64,000 nt of DNA. Origin: Candidatus Omnitrophota bacterium (GTDB taxonomy: Bacteria; Omnitrophota; Gorgyraeia; B26-G9). The stretch is from the NCBI GenBank assembly GCA_043814605.1, contig JBDRJV010000018.1, positions 21,545 through 85,544 on the forward strand. Reading direction: 5' to 3'. Made by a program: the position numbers and the translations under genes. The notes beneath the pieces are model-generated. The model searched no databases and was not told the origin of the DNA. It saw nothing but the letters and a program-made list of their open reading frames with translations. Positions 10,562 to 20,760 of this stretch are shown here, one piece after another. Each line of letters begins with the position of its first letter. Position 1 is the stretch's first letter.

Positions 10562-11267
10562 GATTAATGCCCAAGTTTATGATCAGAATGTACTGCTGGA
10601 AGGAATTCAAACCCAGATTGATAATTATTACGAGCCAAAATCGCTAGCGCAGCAAAGGCGGATCAAGATTGTTATGAGTGTATTGGCAGCTCAGGCAGAG
10701 GAAAAGATTTTGGATATTGGTTCCGGGGTCGGGACTTTTGCTTATGCGGGTGCAAAATGTAAAGCTGTGGTTTTTGGCATTGATTATTCGCATGAATCCA
10801 TGAAAGTAGCAACATTGCTAGCGGATAAATTTAATACAAAAAATAAAAGTTTTTTTATAACTGCCAGTGCTTTGGCTTTACCGTATCAAAATGCTTGTTT
10901 TGATAAAATTGTCTGTGCGGATTTTATTGAGCATATTACTGATACAGAAAAAAATAAACTTTTAACGGAAATTTACCGGGTACTCAAACCATCCGGTATG
11001 GGAGTGATTTTTACGCCAAATTTAATTCGGGAAAAAATTGGCAAAATATATCATAGGATTAGAAACTTACTTTTTAAGACAAGGATTCCGGAGACAGATT
11101 TGCATTTTGGTTTAATTACGAAATCTTGTTTTGATGTTATGTTAAAAAATAACGGATTTAATTTTGATTTTTTTTATGCAGATACAACCAGGCCTTATTT
11201 AGCAAAAATTCCTTTTTTAAATAATTTTTTAGCTTTAAATTTAATATGGATAATCAGGAAAAAGTAA
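10551..11267 (+). CDS. Class I SAM-dependent methyltransferase
   Basis: ILDIGSGVG, LPY..FDKI...IEHI, RVLKPSG. Confidence 0.88.
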   Translation: MQREINAQVYDQNVLLEGIQTQIDNYYEPKSLAQQRRIKIVMSVLAAQAEEKILDIGSGVGTFAYAGAKCKAVVFGIDYSHESMKVATLLADKFNTKNKSFFITASALALPYQNACFDKIVCADFIEHITDTEKNKLLTEIYRVLKPSGMGVIFTPNLIREKIGKIYHRIRNLLFKTRIPETDLHFGLITKSCFDVMLKNNGFNFDFFYADTTRPYLAKIPFLNNFLALNLIWIIRKK

Positions 11268-12340
11268 ATTATAAAAAAATATTAATTGTTAATTTAGCCG
11301 GAATCGGAGATATCCTGCTTTGCACTCCGGCGTTACGGGCTTTACAAGCAGATTATCCTAAAGCGGAAATATCTTTTTTAACTACAGAAAAAGTGTATGA
11401 GGTGGTAAAAGACCTGCCTTATTTACACCGTATTTATGTTTTTAGTCTGTCTTATGGAGGAAAATTTATTTTTTTTAATTTACTGCGTCATTTTTATATT
11501 TTGTTTAAACTAAGAAGAGAAAAGTTTGATTTGGCGATAAATATGAGAACATTGGTTAGTGACCAGGGAGCAAAAAAAATAAAATTTTTATTTAAAATAA
11601 TAAATGCGAAAAAAACTTTAGGCCGTAATACTGAAGGACGAGGGAGCTTTTTTAATATAAAAATTCCGGAAACACAAAATGGCCAAAAATATGAATTAGA
11701 ATATGATATTGATACAGTGGGGGCGTTAGGCGTTAAAGTAAAAGATAAAACTATTGATTTTATTATTGAGGAGCGTGATGAGAATAATATTAATCGTTTG
11801 CTTTCCGGCAAAGAATTATCTCCGGATGATCTCTTGATCGGCATTCATCCCGGAGGTATGCCCAGCCGGCGTTGGCCAATTGAAAATTTTAGAAAAATTA
11901 TTGAACTGGTTTATAAAAAAACAAAATGTAAATTTGTGATTACCGGTTCAATGCCGGAAAAAAATCTAGCGGACAGGTTAGTAAATGAATTCCCGGATTA
12001 TGCAATTTCGTTTATTGATAAATTATCCATCAAGGAATTAGGGGCATTAATTAAAAAATGCCGGGTATTTATCAGTAATGATACTGGCCCCATGCACATT
12101 GCGGCAATTCTGGGTGTTCCGTTAATCGCTTTATTCGGGCCAGGGGATATTACGCGTTTTGATCCCAGAAATATTAGCAAAAAAGTAAAAGTGTTTTATG
12201 AAAAAGTTGCTTGTGCTCCGTGTGAAAAAGTTGATTGTGACGATTTAAAATGCATGCAGCGGATTAGGCCGGAAGAGGTGGTCCAGGCAATATGGGAGTT
12301 TCTAATTGCTAATCATATACAGGTAAATCAAGAAGGATGA
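11246..12340 (+). CDS. GT9 (heptosyltransferase-like) glycosyltransferase
   Basis: GIGDILLCTPALRAL, HPGG...RRWP, SNDTGPMHIAA, CAPC...C. Confidence 0.9.
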   Translation: MDNQEKVNYKKILIVNLAGIGDILLCTPALRALQADYPKAEISFLTTEKVYEVVKDLPYLHRIYVFSLSYGGKFIFFNLLRHFYILFKLRREKFDLAINMRTLVSDQGAKKIKFLFKIINAKKTLGRNTEGRGSFFNIKIPETQNGQKYELEYDIDTVGALGVKVKDKTIDFIIEERDENNINRLLSGKELSPDDLLIGIHPGGMPSRRWPIENFRKIIELVYKKTKCKFVITGSMPEKNLADRLVNEFPDYAISFIDKLSIKELGALIKKCRVFISNDTGPMHIAAILGVPLIALFGPGDITRFDPRNISKKVKVFYEKVACAPCEKVDCDDLKCMQRIRPEEVVQAIWEFLIANHIQVNQEG

Positions 12341-13017
12341 TTAAGAAAATTTATTATTTTTTGCACAAAATGCTTTCAAAGAAAAACGAACGCGGTGAAT
12401 ATTCTGCCGGAGTCTGGCAGCATACAGTGCGGGAGCAGGTTATTGCATTATGCGCCCAGAGTACAGGTAAATTGCTGGAAGTAGGCTGCGGGGAAGGGTT
12501 GCTACTGAGTGAAATAGCCAAATTAAATCATAACCTTGAAATTCACGGCATAGATATCTGGGATGAGATATTGGAAAGAGCCCAAGAGAGATTTAAAGCT
12601 GGTAATATTCAAGGGGTAAAATTACAGCAAGCGGATGCAGCAAAATTACCTTATGCCGATAGATATTTTGATGTGGTTATTTGCATAAATGTTTTTTTTA
12701 ATTTGCCCAGCGATACAATATTCCGGGCTAGTTTAAAAGAAATATCCCGTGTGTGTAAAGAAAATGCAATTTTTATTTTTGATATTCGCAATTGCCTGAA
12801 TCCATTGCTTTATTTTAAATATAAATTAGCCCGTTTTTATGATGAAACCGTAGCAAATTTACCTTTAAGGACTTATAATTTTTCTAAAGTGCAAAAAAAT
12901 TTAGCGGAAAATGGATTCTCAATCTTAAAAAAAATAAATATTGGTTTTCCGCGCAATCAATTTTCGCCGATTTTTGTTATTAAAGCTAAGAAAGAGAAAA
13001 ACAAGGTAATCGTATGA
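12337..13017 (+). CDS. Class I SAM-dependent methyltransferase
   Basis: LLEVGCGEG, ADAAKLPY..FDVV. Confidence 0.88.
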   Translation: MIKKIYYFLHKMLSKKNERGEYSAGVWQHTVREQVIALCAQSTGKLLEVGCGEGLLLSEIAKLNHNLEIHGIDIWDEILERAQERFKAGNIQGVKLQQADAAKLPYADRYFDVVICINVFFNLPSDTIFRASLKEISRVCKENAIFIFDIRNCLNPLLYFKYKLARFYDETVANLPLRTYNFSKVQKNLAENGFSILKKINIGFPRNQFSPIFVIKAKKEKNKVIV

Positions 13018-14192
13018 TCTCAAAAATTCCCATTAGTGCTTCAAAGATATCTTTATTAAATATCATATCTGCTTTTCCGAGTATTTGGGGCGATAAAGAG
13101 GCACAAGAGGAATTTAAAGAAACAATCGGGCTGCAGGTTTATCAGCCGCAAGTAATTTTACTCAATTCCGGATTAGCCGCGCTTTATGTGATTTTACTCG
13201 CGATTAAAAAAAACAGCTCGAAAACAGAAGTTATTTTACCGGCTTATACTGCGGGTTCTTTGATTGTGGCGATTAAAAAGGCCGGTTTAAAGCCAGTGCT
13301 TTGTGATATCTCACCGCAAACTTTTAATTTGGATAGTGCTTTGCTGGATAAATTAGTTTGCCACAAAACTCTTTGTATTATTGGAGTGCATATGTTTGGC
13401 GTGGTTATGCCGGAAATAAAAGAATTAAAGCAGAAATTTCCGGATGTTTATATTTTAGAAGATGCCTGTCAGAGTTACGGGGCCGAATTTGAATTCCGCC
13501 GTGTAGGCTGGGCTGGGGATATCAGTTTTTTTAGTTTTAACCGAGGTAAAAATACCACATCTTTTGGCGGCGGCGCGATTGCTACGGGAAATGATGAGGT
13601 TTATCAAAAATTACTCAGACAAATAGAAGACATTAAAAAACCGAGTGTATTTGCGCGAATAAAAATTTGGGTTAAAATGATCGTTTTGTTTTGTGTTTTA
13701 AATAAATGGGTGTATGGATTTTTGTTTGGTTTTATTTCCCAGTTTAAGGAAAACAAGCCTCCGGTTGATATACAGGTATCTAAGTTTACAGAAGTACAGG
13801 CTAAAATAGGAATGTTTGCTTTGGAAAATTGTAATAACTCCAGTGGCCAAAGGTTGAATAACGGTATGAAAATTATTAAAGCTTGTTCTGATATAAAAGA
13901 TATAATCTTGCCTAAAATCGAACCTAAAACCAAACCGGCATTTAATCGTTTACCGATTGTATTTAGCAATCCAGTTAAAAGAGAGCAGGTAGAAAAAGCT
14001 TTAGCTGCAGAAGGCATAGAAACTTCACGAATGTATTTAAAGCCGTTGCATCTGATGTTTGATTTAGGTTATAAAAAAGGCGACTTTCCGCAAGCAGAAT
14101 ATCTGGCGGATAACTTATTGACCCTGCCGACCCATCCGTTAATGACTGATTCGGATATTGACTACATAATAGATGTAATTAAAAAAGCTTAA
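13014..14192 (+). CDS. DegT/DnrJ/EryC1/StrS PLP-dependent aminotransferase family
   Basis: EVILPAYT, VHMFG, EDACQS, FSFNRGK (PLP Lys), LTLPTHP. Confidence 0.88.
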   Translation: MISKIPISASKISLLNIISAFPSIWGDKEAQEEFKETIGLQVYQPQVILLNSGLAALYVILLAIKKNSSKTEVILPAYTAGSLIVAIKKAGLKPVLCDISPQTFNLDSALLDKLVCHKTLCIIGVHMFGVVMPEIKELKQKFPDVYILEDACQSYGAEFEFRRVGWAGDISFFSFNRGKNTTSFGGGAIATGNDEVYQKLLRQIEDIKKPSVFARIKIWVKMIVLFCVLNKWVYGFLFGFISQFKENKPPVDIQVSKFTEVQAKIGMFALENCNNSSGQRLNNGMKIIKACSDIKDIILPKIEPKTKPAFNRLPIVFSNPVKREQVEKALAAEGIETSRMYLKPLHLMFDLGYKKGDFPQAEYLADNLLTLPTHPLMTDSDIDYIIDVIKKA

Positions 14193-14204
14193 ATCTATAA
14201 AAAC

Positions 14205-14393
14205 ACTAAATCCGAAATCCTAAATCCTAAACAAATCTCAAACTCAACACCCTAAAATAACAACCGATTAACCATTAAATTGAAGATGCTTTAAGTTTTT
14301 AATTTTGGATTTAGAATTTATTTATAGTTTAGTATTTAGGATTTTACGTAACACATGGTGTCTGTAGTCTGTTGTCTATTGTCTGTGGTCTGT
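14205..14393. repeat. Heptamer short tandem repeats in inverted arrangement between convergent genes
   Basis: (TAAATCC)n-like array at 14207-14235 pairs with (GGATTTA)n-like array at 14305-14345; TGTCTRT-type heptamers at 14359-14393. Confidence 0.7.
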
Positions 14394-14394
14394 A

Positions 14395-15201
14395 TTAGTA
14401 TTGTCCCAGCGTTCCATTTTTCCGGGCATGATTTAAAGCCGCGTTAAAGATTTTTAAACTTAAGGGGACTAAAATGAGAGAAAATATTAAAAGGAACAAT
14501 AATTCTTTTTTTAGTTGCGATAAAGCGTAGCCTTGGTAAACAGCAAGCTGCATAGCGCGTATGGCATGGGTGATGGGAAAACAACGGGCAATAAATTGTA
14601 AAAAAGCAGGCATAACCGTAATGGGAAAATAAACCCCGGCGATTAATCCTTCCAGCGTATTTATAACCCAGGCGATAGGGTTGCCGCGTTTAAAAATGAT
14701 TGTAAATGCAGCAGAGATTATGCCTAAACTACTTAAGGATAAGATACTTAATATTAAAATTAAGCAAGAGGTAAGTATATTTATTTTGGAAAAATCAATT
14801 TTAAATAATAAAACTCCCAGTCCGAAGTAAATTACCACATTAAAAGTTGCAAATACTAAATTCCAAAGCCCCATACTCAAGATAAGTATATTAGTTTTAG
14901 TCGGAGTGAGTAACAGTGATTCTAAAGTGCCTTGCATTTGTTCGGAGCGGATTTTATGAGAAAAAGAACTAATCCCTACACCGATATAACTAAAAAAAGC
15001 CAGTCCTAAAAGAACATAAGAGAAATAATTAACCCCAAACTCCTGCAAATGCGGGCTAAGTTTTGATCCGAAGAGCTTATCAATAAAATAGTAAATCAAA
15101 AGGCTGGTGCAAATACTAAAAATATTTAAAATAAAAGCCAATCGATAACTTGTTTCAATCAAAAAATCCTTTTTAATTATGGCAATAATTTTTCTAATCA
15201 C
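14395..15201 (-). CDS. ABC-2 type transporter permease
   Basis: Six TM segments, E..QGTLESLLLTP, GVYFPI...P.THAIRA; GTG start overlaps the ATPase stop. Confidence 0.88.
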   Translation of the reverse strand: MIRKIIAIIKKDFLIETSYRLAFILNIFSICTSLLIYYFIDKLFGSKLSPHLQEFGVNYFSYVLLGLAFFSYIGVGISSFSHKIRSEQMQGTLESLLLTPTKTNILILSMGLWNLVFATFNVVIYFGLGVLLFKIDFSKINILTSCLILILSILSLSSLGIISAAFTIIFKRGNPIAWVINTLEGLIAGVYFPITVMPAFLQFIARCFPITHAIRAMQLAVYQGYALSQLKKELLFLLIFSLILVPLSLKIFNAALNHARKNGTLGQY

Positions 15202-15946
15202 GGGTAATAACCTTTTTATATACTTGCAGTAAAGATTTTGAAATTGCATTAAAACTTGCTCTTAATTCCTCGGCTGATCCTTGTGCTTTAATTTTTCCTT
15301 GATCTAAGATTAAAAATTTATTACAAATTTTTTCTGCTTCTTCAATATTATGAGTTGCTAAAATTATCGTTATTCCTTGGGTGCTTAATTGTCGGATAAA
15401 ATTTTTTAATTCCACAATTGAATCGTAATCTAAACTTTTTAATGGCTCGTCTAAGAACAGGACTGGGGGCTTATTTAACAGAGCGCGAATCAGAGAAAAT
15501 TTTCTTTTCATGCCGGCAGAATAACTATCAAATCGCTTGTGGGCATAATCAACTCTAAAAAGAGAGGTTAATTCAAAAATTCTAGATTTAGTTTGCTGAT
15601 GGTTCAATCCGTAGAGAGCACTGAAAAATTTCAAGTTTTGTTCTCCGGTAAGCCGCCAATAAAAGCTTCTTTCATCTGCACAAACTAGTCCGATGAGAGA
15701 CTTAATTTTTTGATCATCACGGCCAATAATCAGATCATTAATCTTAGCTTGGCCTGAATCCGGCAGGATTAAAGTTGAGAGGATCTTAAGCAATGTGGTT
15801 TTTCCTGCGCCGTTAGGGCCGATTATGCCTAAAATTTCGCCTTTAGATAATGAAAAACTGATATTATCCAAGACCTTATTCGGAAAAGATTTTTGGCCGG
15901 AGAATGATTTTATTAAGTTTTGAGTGTAAACAATTGTTTTATGCAT
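15194..15946 (-). CDS. ABC transporter ATP-binding protein
   Basis: Walker A GPNGAGKTT, signature YSAGM, Walker B LFLDEP, H-loop ATH. Confidence 0.93.
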   Translation of the reverse strand: MHKTIVYTQNLIKSFSGQKSFPNKVLDNISFSLSKGEILGIIGPNGAGKTTLLKILSTLILPDSGQAKINDLIIGRDDQKIKSLIGLVCADERSFYWRLTGEQNLKFFSALYGLNHQQTKSRIFELTSLFRVDYAHKRFDSYSAGMKRKFSLIRALLNKPPVLFLDEPLKSLDYDSIVELKNFIRQLSTQGITIILATHNIEEAEKICNKFLILDQGKIKAQGSAEELRASFNAISKSLLQVYKKVITRD

Positions 15947-16065
15947 TAACGATAAGGTAACAAATAACTTAAGGAGAGTCAAGAAATAACAGGTTAGGAA
16001 ATTAGTTGGGTGATGCTAGATGCTGGAACCTTGATTCTAAATCCTAAATCCAAGAATAGGCCTTA

Positions 16066-16313
16066 AGTGACACTTTTTTTAATTTAAATATTTTTTATCC
16101 TAAAACATTTTGGATTTTTGCATATAGTGTCTCGTATTTTTTCGCACCGGAACACTCGTTGGGCGATCCGTGTTCGCTCTTGAGGCGATATTTACTTTTT
16201 TAACCTCAAACCATGCCCGCTCACACTACTCAACGTCCGGTTTTGAATAAATATTCGCCATAGTTACCTAACAGTTATGCGCTATTTTGTTTTTAGCTTT
16301 TTAACTCGTCACT
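16066..16313. repeat. ~245-bp structured repeat element, copy 1
   Basis: Core 16132-16253 is near-identical to 25374-25521; folds as a long hairpin (AGTGAC/GTCACT, CCGGA/TCCGG, CGTTG/CAACG, TTGAGG/CCTCAA). Confidence 0.8.
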
Positions 16314-16466
16314 GATAATTTATAACTATTAATTTTATTGGTATGAATTATCAGCTATCATCTAGTTACTGTATGATGGTCTATTATCTCTTGTCAATTA
16401 ATTAAGAAACGTGTTAAAATAATAACCATTAAATAAAGATTTTTTTAAAAAATAAGGGGGAAATTA

Positions 16467-17861
16467 ATGAAAAATTACAAATTAATAAGTTTTTTATTGG
16501 TTTTAGTTTTCGTGTTTGGTTTTGGGATAGTATCTTTGCTTGCGCAAGTTGCCGATAACCTTACACAAACTGATCTTGCCGGGGAGTTGTTTAGCACTCC
16601 TGTGCCAATGAATAATTATTATTTTGCTAAACAGGCAGTAGTAACCTTTGGGGCTAAGTGGAGGGGGATACCGCAAACCCGTGAAGAACTTGAGGATATG
16701 GTTTGGCAGGAATTAGTTTTTTCTTTTGAGGCCTATCGCCGGGCGATTGAAGCAAGTGAGGATGAGGTAGATGCAGAAATCGAGAAGATCTTAACCGCGA
16801 ATAAAGTTGATTTTAGCTGGCGTACAGATAAAGAAAAATTTCAGAATTGGACAAAAGATACACTCAGATGTACAATTGAAAGTTTTAAGAATCAAATGGC
16901 GCATCTTGTTAAACTAGAAAAACTGAGAAATGAAGTTCTGGACAGTATCAATCCGGAAGTTACAGAAGAAGAGGCATATCAAAAATTTTTAAATGAATAC
17001 AATACTTTACTTGTAGAATTAAGAGAATTTGTGGATATTGATGAAGCTGAAAAATTTTATCAAGCTGCGCTTAAAGAAGTTACGGAAAAAGATCAAGAAC
17101 AATTAATTTGGCAGGATTTAATATATAGCGATGAGGTTTTTAAGCGTAAAATCGAAATTAGCGATGAAGAATTTGATAAAACCATTTCGTTTCTTTTGAG
17201 AGATAAAGAAGCACGTTTTAAATGGCAAGAAGATGCAGAAACTTACACCGCCTGGGTAAAAGAAAATTTTGATTTAAGCTTAGATGATTTTCAAATTTTA
17301 ATTTTGCAGCTTAGAACCGTGGACAAACTAATAGAAGAAATTTTTCTGGGCAATCAGCCACAGGTAGAGATAAGTCAATATCAAAACCTTTTAGATGAAT
17401 CAATCTCTATTAATCAAGCATATGAAAGATTTATTGAAGAAAGACAGGTGCCGGATCAAAATATTTTCAAATTTAAAACATTTAATGAAGCCGAAGATTT
17501 TTATGAAAAAATTAATCGGGTAGCTGGATTTTGGGAAGAAGAAAAGAGAAAACAACCTAAAGAATTTAAGCAGCCAGGGTTTACAGCTTTAGATTTTTTA
17601 ATTAATATGTGGGGTTTTCGCCAAGTCGATGCCGATAAAATGATAGATAAAGAGATTGGCAGCTATTATCCTCCGGCACCGATATATAAAGGGTATGGGG
17701 TGTTTAAAATCCTAAAAATCAGAAAAGCTGATAAATCAGAATATCCTGAGCGCAAAGATTCATATTTTGAAAAAATGAAATCTATTAAAAAATATCAGGG
17801 ATTTCAGGATTGGGCAATTGCGCTTAAAGATAAGGCCAATATTAAAGTTTATATTAAATAA
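16467..17861 (+). CDS. Exported SurA/PrsA-like chaperone with duplicated SurA-N helical domain
   Basis: Signal peptide; internal repeat WQELVFSFEAYRRAIEASEDEVD / WQDLIYSDEVFKRKIEISDEEFD; C-terminal parvulin-like PIYKGYGVFKI and WAIALKDKANIKVY. Confidence 0.6.
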   Translation: MKNYKLISFLLVLVFVFGFGIVSLLAQVADNLTQTDLAGELFSTPVPMNNYYFAKQAVVTFGAKWRGIPQTREELEDMVWQELVFSFEAYRRAIEASEDEVDAEIEKILTANKVDFSWRTDKEKFQNWTKDTLRCTIESFKNQMAHLVKLEKLRNEVLDSINPEVTEEEAYQKFLNEYNTLLVELREFVDIDEAEKFYQAALKEVTEKDQEQLIWQDLIYSDEVFKRKIEISDEEFDKTISFLLRDKEARFKWQEDAETYTAWVKENFDLSLDDFQILILQLRTVDKLIEEIFLGNQPQVEISQYQNLLDESISINQAYERFIEERQVPDQNIFKFKTFNEAEDFYEKINRVAGFWEEEKRKQPKEFKQPGFTALDFLINMWGFRQVDADKMIDKEIGSYYPPAPIYKGYGVFKILKIRKADKSEYPERKDSYFEKMKSIKKYQGFQDWAIALKDKANIKVYIK

Positions 17862-17941
17862 AATCCTGTTAAAATTATCGGTTTTCCCGGCTTTAAATAA
17901 TACTTTAACCAAAGTCTTTTTAATTGAGGAGTTTTAATTTT

Positions 17942-19540
17942 GTGCAAACTGAAAAATTGGTCCTCGAAAATAAGATTAATATTTATAACGAACAACTTGA
18001 GAAAAATAAAAAATTAGAAATTAAAATGATCGGCAACTCTATGCTGCCGTTTTTAAAAAACGGTCAAGTTGTTCTGATTAAGCCCGCTCAAATAACCGAT
18101 GTGAAAACCGGAGATATTGTGCTTACCTGTTTTGAAAACCGTTTGCTTTGCCACCGGGTTTTTAAAAAAAATAAATATAGTTTTAGGACAAAGGCAGATG
18201 CTTTTCTAAAACTAGACCCGATAATGACGAAAGCTAATTTAATGGGCAAAGTTGTGGCCTATAAATTTGGTGAGAATTATATTCGGGTGGATAAAAATTT
18301 TTCCCGCTTGCTAGGAATAATAATTTCGCGGTTTTCACTGTTTATGGCTTATTTTTATCCAGTTTTACGTTTTATTAAACGCATGATTGCGGCCAATAGA
18401 AAAAATAATGGAAAATCTCTGGATGATTTAATTTTTTGTTTGCTTACCCCCCACAGTTTAAATGAACCAAGAAAAATATCTCAAGTTTTAGAAAATATAG
18501 AAAGTAATAAAAATTTTGCGTTGGATTTTCTGACTAAAATTCATCAAAATGGAATCAGCGGAGTTATTTTCTATAATCTAAAAAATAAAAAGTTACTTCC
18601 CGTATTGCCGGAAACTATAGTGTCTGAGCTTAAAACAGATTATTTAAATAATTCCGGCCGGGCATTATTTATTGAAAAAAGTTTAACACAACTGATCAAT
18701 CAACTAAATCAGGAAAATATTGATGTGCTTTTAATCCGTGGAATTGATTTTATGGTTAATTTATATCCCGAACCAGGTATGCGGGCAATGAGTGATATTG
18801 ATATTGTGATTAAAAGTGAGGATTTATTGCAAGTAGCAGATGTTTTTAAAAGGCTGGGATATGCTAATCCTCAGGGTTATCTGTATTTATTTTCGCGTGA
18901 TAATCTGCATTATGATATACATCTTGATTGGGCGGGGTTTTGGCGCATTGCTTCTAGAAATGTCAATATTGGCATAAAGAATAAATCAGTCTGGCAAAGA
19001 GCTAAATGTTTTAGCCGGGAATTAACACATATCAGGACATTAGATGATTGTGATTCTATTTTAGCCTGCTGTGCTCATCTGCAGGAACATTCCTATAAAA
19101 GAATAATTTGGTTTTATGATCTGGCGTTATTGCTTAATAAAGAAAATTTTAACTGGAATCAGTTAATGGAACGATCAGAAGAATTTAATCTGAAAAAAAC
19201 ATTATTTTTTGTGCTGAAATATTTACAAAAATTTAATTTTATTCTGGTTCCTGATCCTATTACTGAAGAACTGGATAAACTTAAATTGAATTTTTTTGAA
19301 CAAAAATCATTAAAAATGCTGCAGGCGAACAAAAAGGAATTACTGAGCGGAGAACTTTTACAGTTATTTTCGCTACCTAGTTTTAGCCAAAGGCTTAAAA
19401 GTATTTATGAGACGATTTTTATTCGGGAAAAAGACTTTTCCCAAGCTGGCAAAAAAATTACATTTTTGGATTATATTCTGTGGTTTTTCCGGATACTAGA
19501 GTATAGTATTAAGAAAATAAGCATTATTTTTAGAAAGTAA
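17942..19540 (+). CDS. S24/S26-family peptidase fused to an NTP_transf_5-type nucleotidyltransferase
   Basis: GNSMLPFL, GDIV, LCHRV, TKAD (peptidase); LLIRG...YPEPGMRAMSDIDIVI, DIHL, IWFYDLALL (nucleotidyltransferase); GAGGAG RBS before GTG 17942. Confidence 0.85.
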   Translation: MQTEKLVLENKINIYNEQLEKNKKLEIKMIGNSMLPFLKNGQVVLIKPAQITDVKTGDIVLTCFENRLLCHRVFKKNKYSFRTKADAFLKLDPIMTKANLMGKVVAYKFGENYIRVDKNFSRLLGIIISRFSLFMAYFYPVLRFIKRMIAANRKNNGKSLDDLIFCLLTPHSLNEPRKISQVLENIESNKNFALDFLTKIHQNGISGVIFYNLKNKKLLPVLPETIVSELKTDYLNNSGRALFIEKSLTQLINQLNQENIDVLLIRGIDFMVNLYPEPGMRAMSDIDIVIKSEDLLQVADVFKRLGYANPQGYLYLFSRDNLHYDIHLDWAGFWRIASRNVNIGIKNKSVWQRAKCFSRELTHIRTLDDCDSILACCAHLQEHSYKRIIWFYDLALLLNKENFNWNQLMERSEEFNLKKTLFFVLKYLQKFNFILVPDPITEELDKLKLNFFEQKSLKMLQANKKELLSGELLQLFSLPSFSQRLKSIYETIFIREKDFSQAGKKITFLDYILWFFRILEYSIKKISIIFRK

Positions 19541-19547
19541 AAACCCT

Positions 19548-20396
19548 ATGGGAAAAATATCAATTCAAATTGCCGGAATAAAAATATTAATAATATCAGA
19601 AAACCAAGATCTGATCGAAGGGGTAAAAACCAGCTATTCAATGTTTCAAGTGTGTAATGATCAGCAATATTATTTAAAAATAAATATTACTCTTGATCCG
19701 GTATTAAATCAAGAGAATCAAATGCAAGAAATTTGCCTAGAGAAAGACAACCTTATTTTTAGGCTTAAAGCTGCGGATTTTAGAAGCACAGTTAATTTTA
19801 AAACCAAAACTATTGATGCCCGGATTAGTTCTCAAGCCGGGGCGGTAAGTCTTTTTTTAAGAGTGGTATTCTCGTTAATTCTGTTAGAAAATAATGGATT
19901 CTTAATTCATGCGGCTGGCTTTTGCGATGCGCAAGGAAAAAGCTGGGTTTTTGCCGGTCCATCAGAAAGCGGCAAAACCACTTTGGCCAAATGGGCGGCG
20001 GCAAATAATTATAAGGTATTGAGTGATGAATTAGTGGCTATCCGGAAAATTGACGATCAATATGTTCTGTTTTCCACGCCTTTTAACGGCGAATACAGTG
20101 GACAAATTACTAATTTTCAAGTGGATTTAAAGAATTTATTTTTTCTGGGGCAAAAAATTAAAAGCCAATGTAAAAGGCTCAAAAAATTAGATTGTTTTTT
20201 AAATTTACTAAAAAATGTTTTTTTCTTCAATCGGCAGATTCAAGAAAATCAATTGATGATTAATTTAATGCAGGAATTATCAGAAAGAGTTTGCGCTTAT
20301 CAGATAAATTTGTTTAATCAAGATATCGAAAGGATTATTCATGCCACAAGATCAGATTCTAATACGCAACAAAGAAGCAGCCTGGCAAGAGGTTGA
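19548..20396 (+). CDS. HPr kinase-related P-loop kinase (ScmC / lasso-peptide kinase-like)
   Basis: LIHAAG, GPSESGKTT P-loop, VLSDE, TPFxG. Confidence 0.8.
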   Translation: MGKISIQIAGIKILIISENQDLIEGVKTSYSMFQVCNDQQYYLKINITLDPVLNQENQMQEICLEKDNLIFRLKAADFRSTVNFKTKTIDARISSQAGAVSLFLRVVFSLILLENNGFLIHAAGFCDAQGKSWVFAGPSESGKTTLAKWAAANNYKVLSDELVAIRKIDDQYVLFSTPFNGEYSGQITNFQVDLKNLFFLGQKIKSQCKRLKKLDCFLNLLKNVFFFNRQIQENQLMINLMQELSERVCAYQINLFNQDIERIIHATRSDSNTQQRSSLARG

Positions 20397-20652
20397 GGAT
20401 AATATTGTTGTGATTACCCAGCAGACAAAAAAGATCCATGTTTTGTCAGGCTGCGGCTTAATGCTTTGGCAGAGGTTGGAACAATCTCAGACAAAACAAG
20501 ATTTATTACAGGCAATTTTGGATGAATATGAGGTAGAGCCTGCCCAAGCCCAAGCAGATTTAGATAAATTTTTAGAGGAAGTAATAGCTAAAGATATTAT
20601 TAGACAACAGACAACAGATAAAAAACTAAAACAAAAACAAAAACGAAAATGA
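20341..20652 (+). CDS. pqqD: PqqD-family RiPP recognition element
   Basis: VED.IVVI...IHVLSG.G..LWQRL...L...I.DEYEV....A..DL..FLEE pattern; C-terminal tail derived from heptamer repeats. Confidence 0.88.
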   Translation: MPQDQILIRNKEAAWQEVEDNIVVITQQTKKIHVLSGCGLMLWQRLEQSQTKQDLLQAILDEYEVEPAQAQADLDKFLEEVIAKDIIRQQTTDKKLKQKQKRK

Positions 20653-20757
20653 CAATAGACATAAAATTACAGGTATTGGGCTAAAAACAAGAAATATTTG
20701 TTTCTAAAATTTTCTGTAAGAAAATTTTAGTCTGTGGTCTATGGTCTATGGTCTGGA
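20601..20757. repeat. Inverted heptamer repeat element (AGACAAC / GGTCTAT type)
   Basis: TAGACAACAGACAACAGA...AATAGAC versus TAGTCTGTGGTCTATGGTCTATGGTCTG. Confidence 0.7.
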
Positions 20758-20760
20758 AAA

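Noticed and set aside
17942-20652. Classical lasso peptide cluster
   Set aside because: No asparagine-synthetase-like cyclase or B2 transglutaminase-like peptidase in the window, and the core has no acidic residue for a macrolactam
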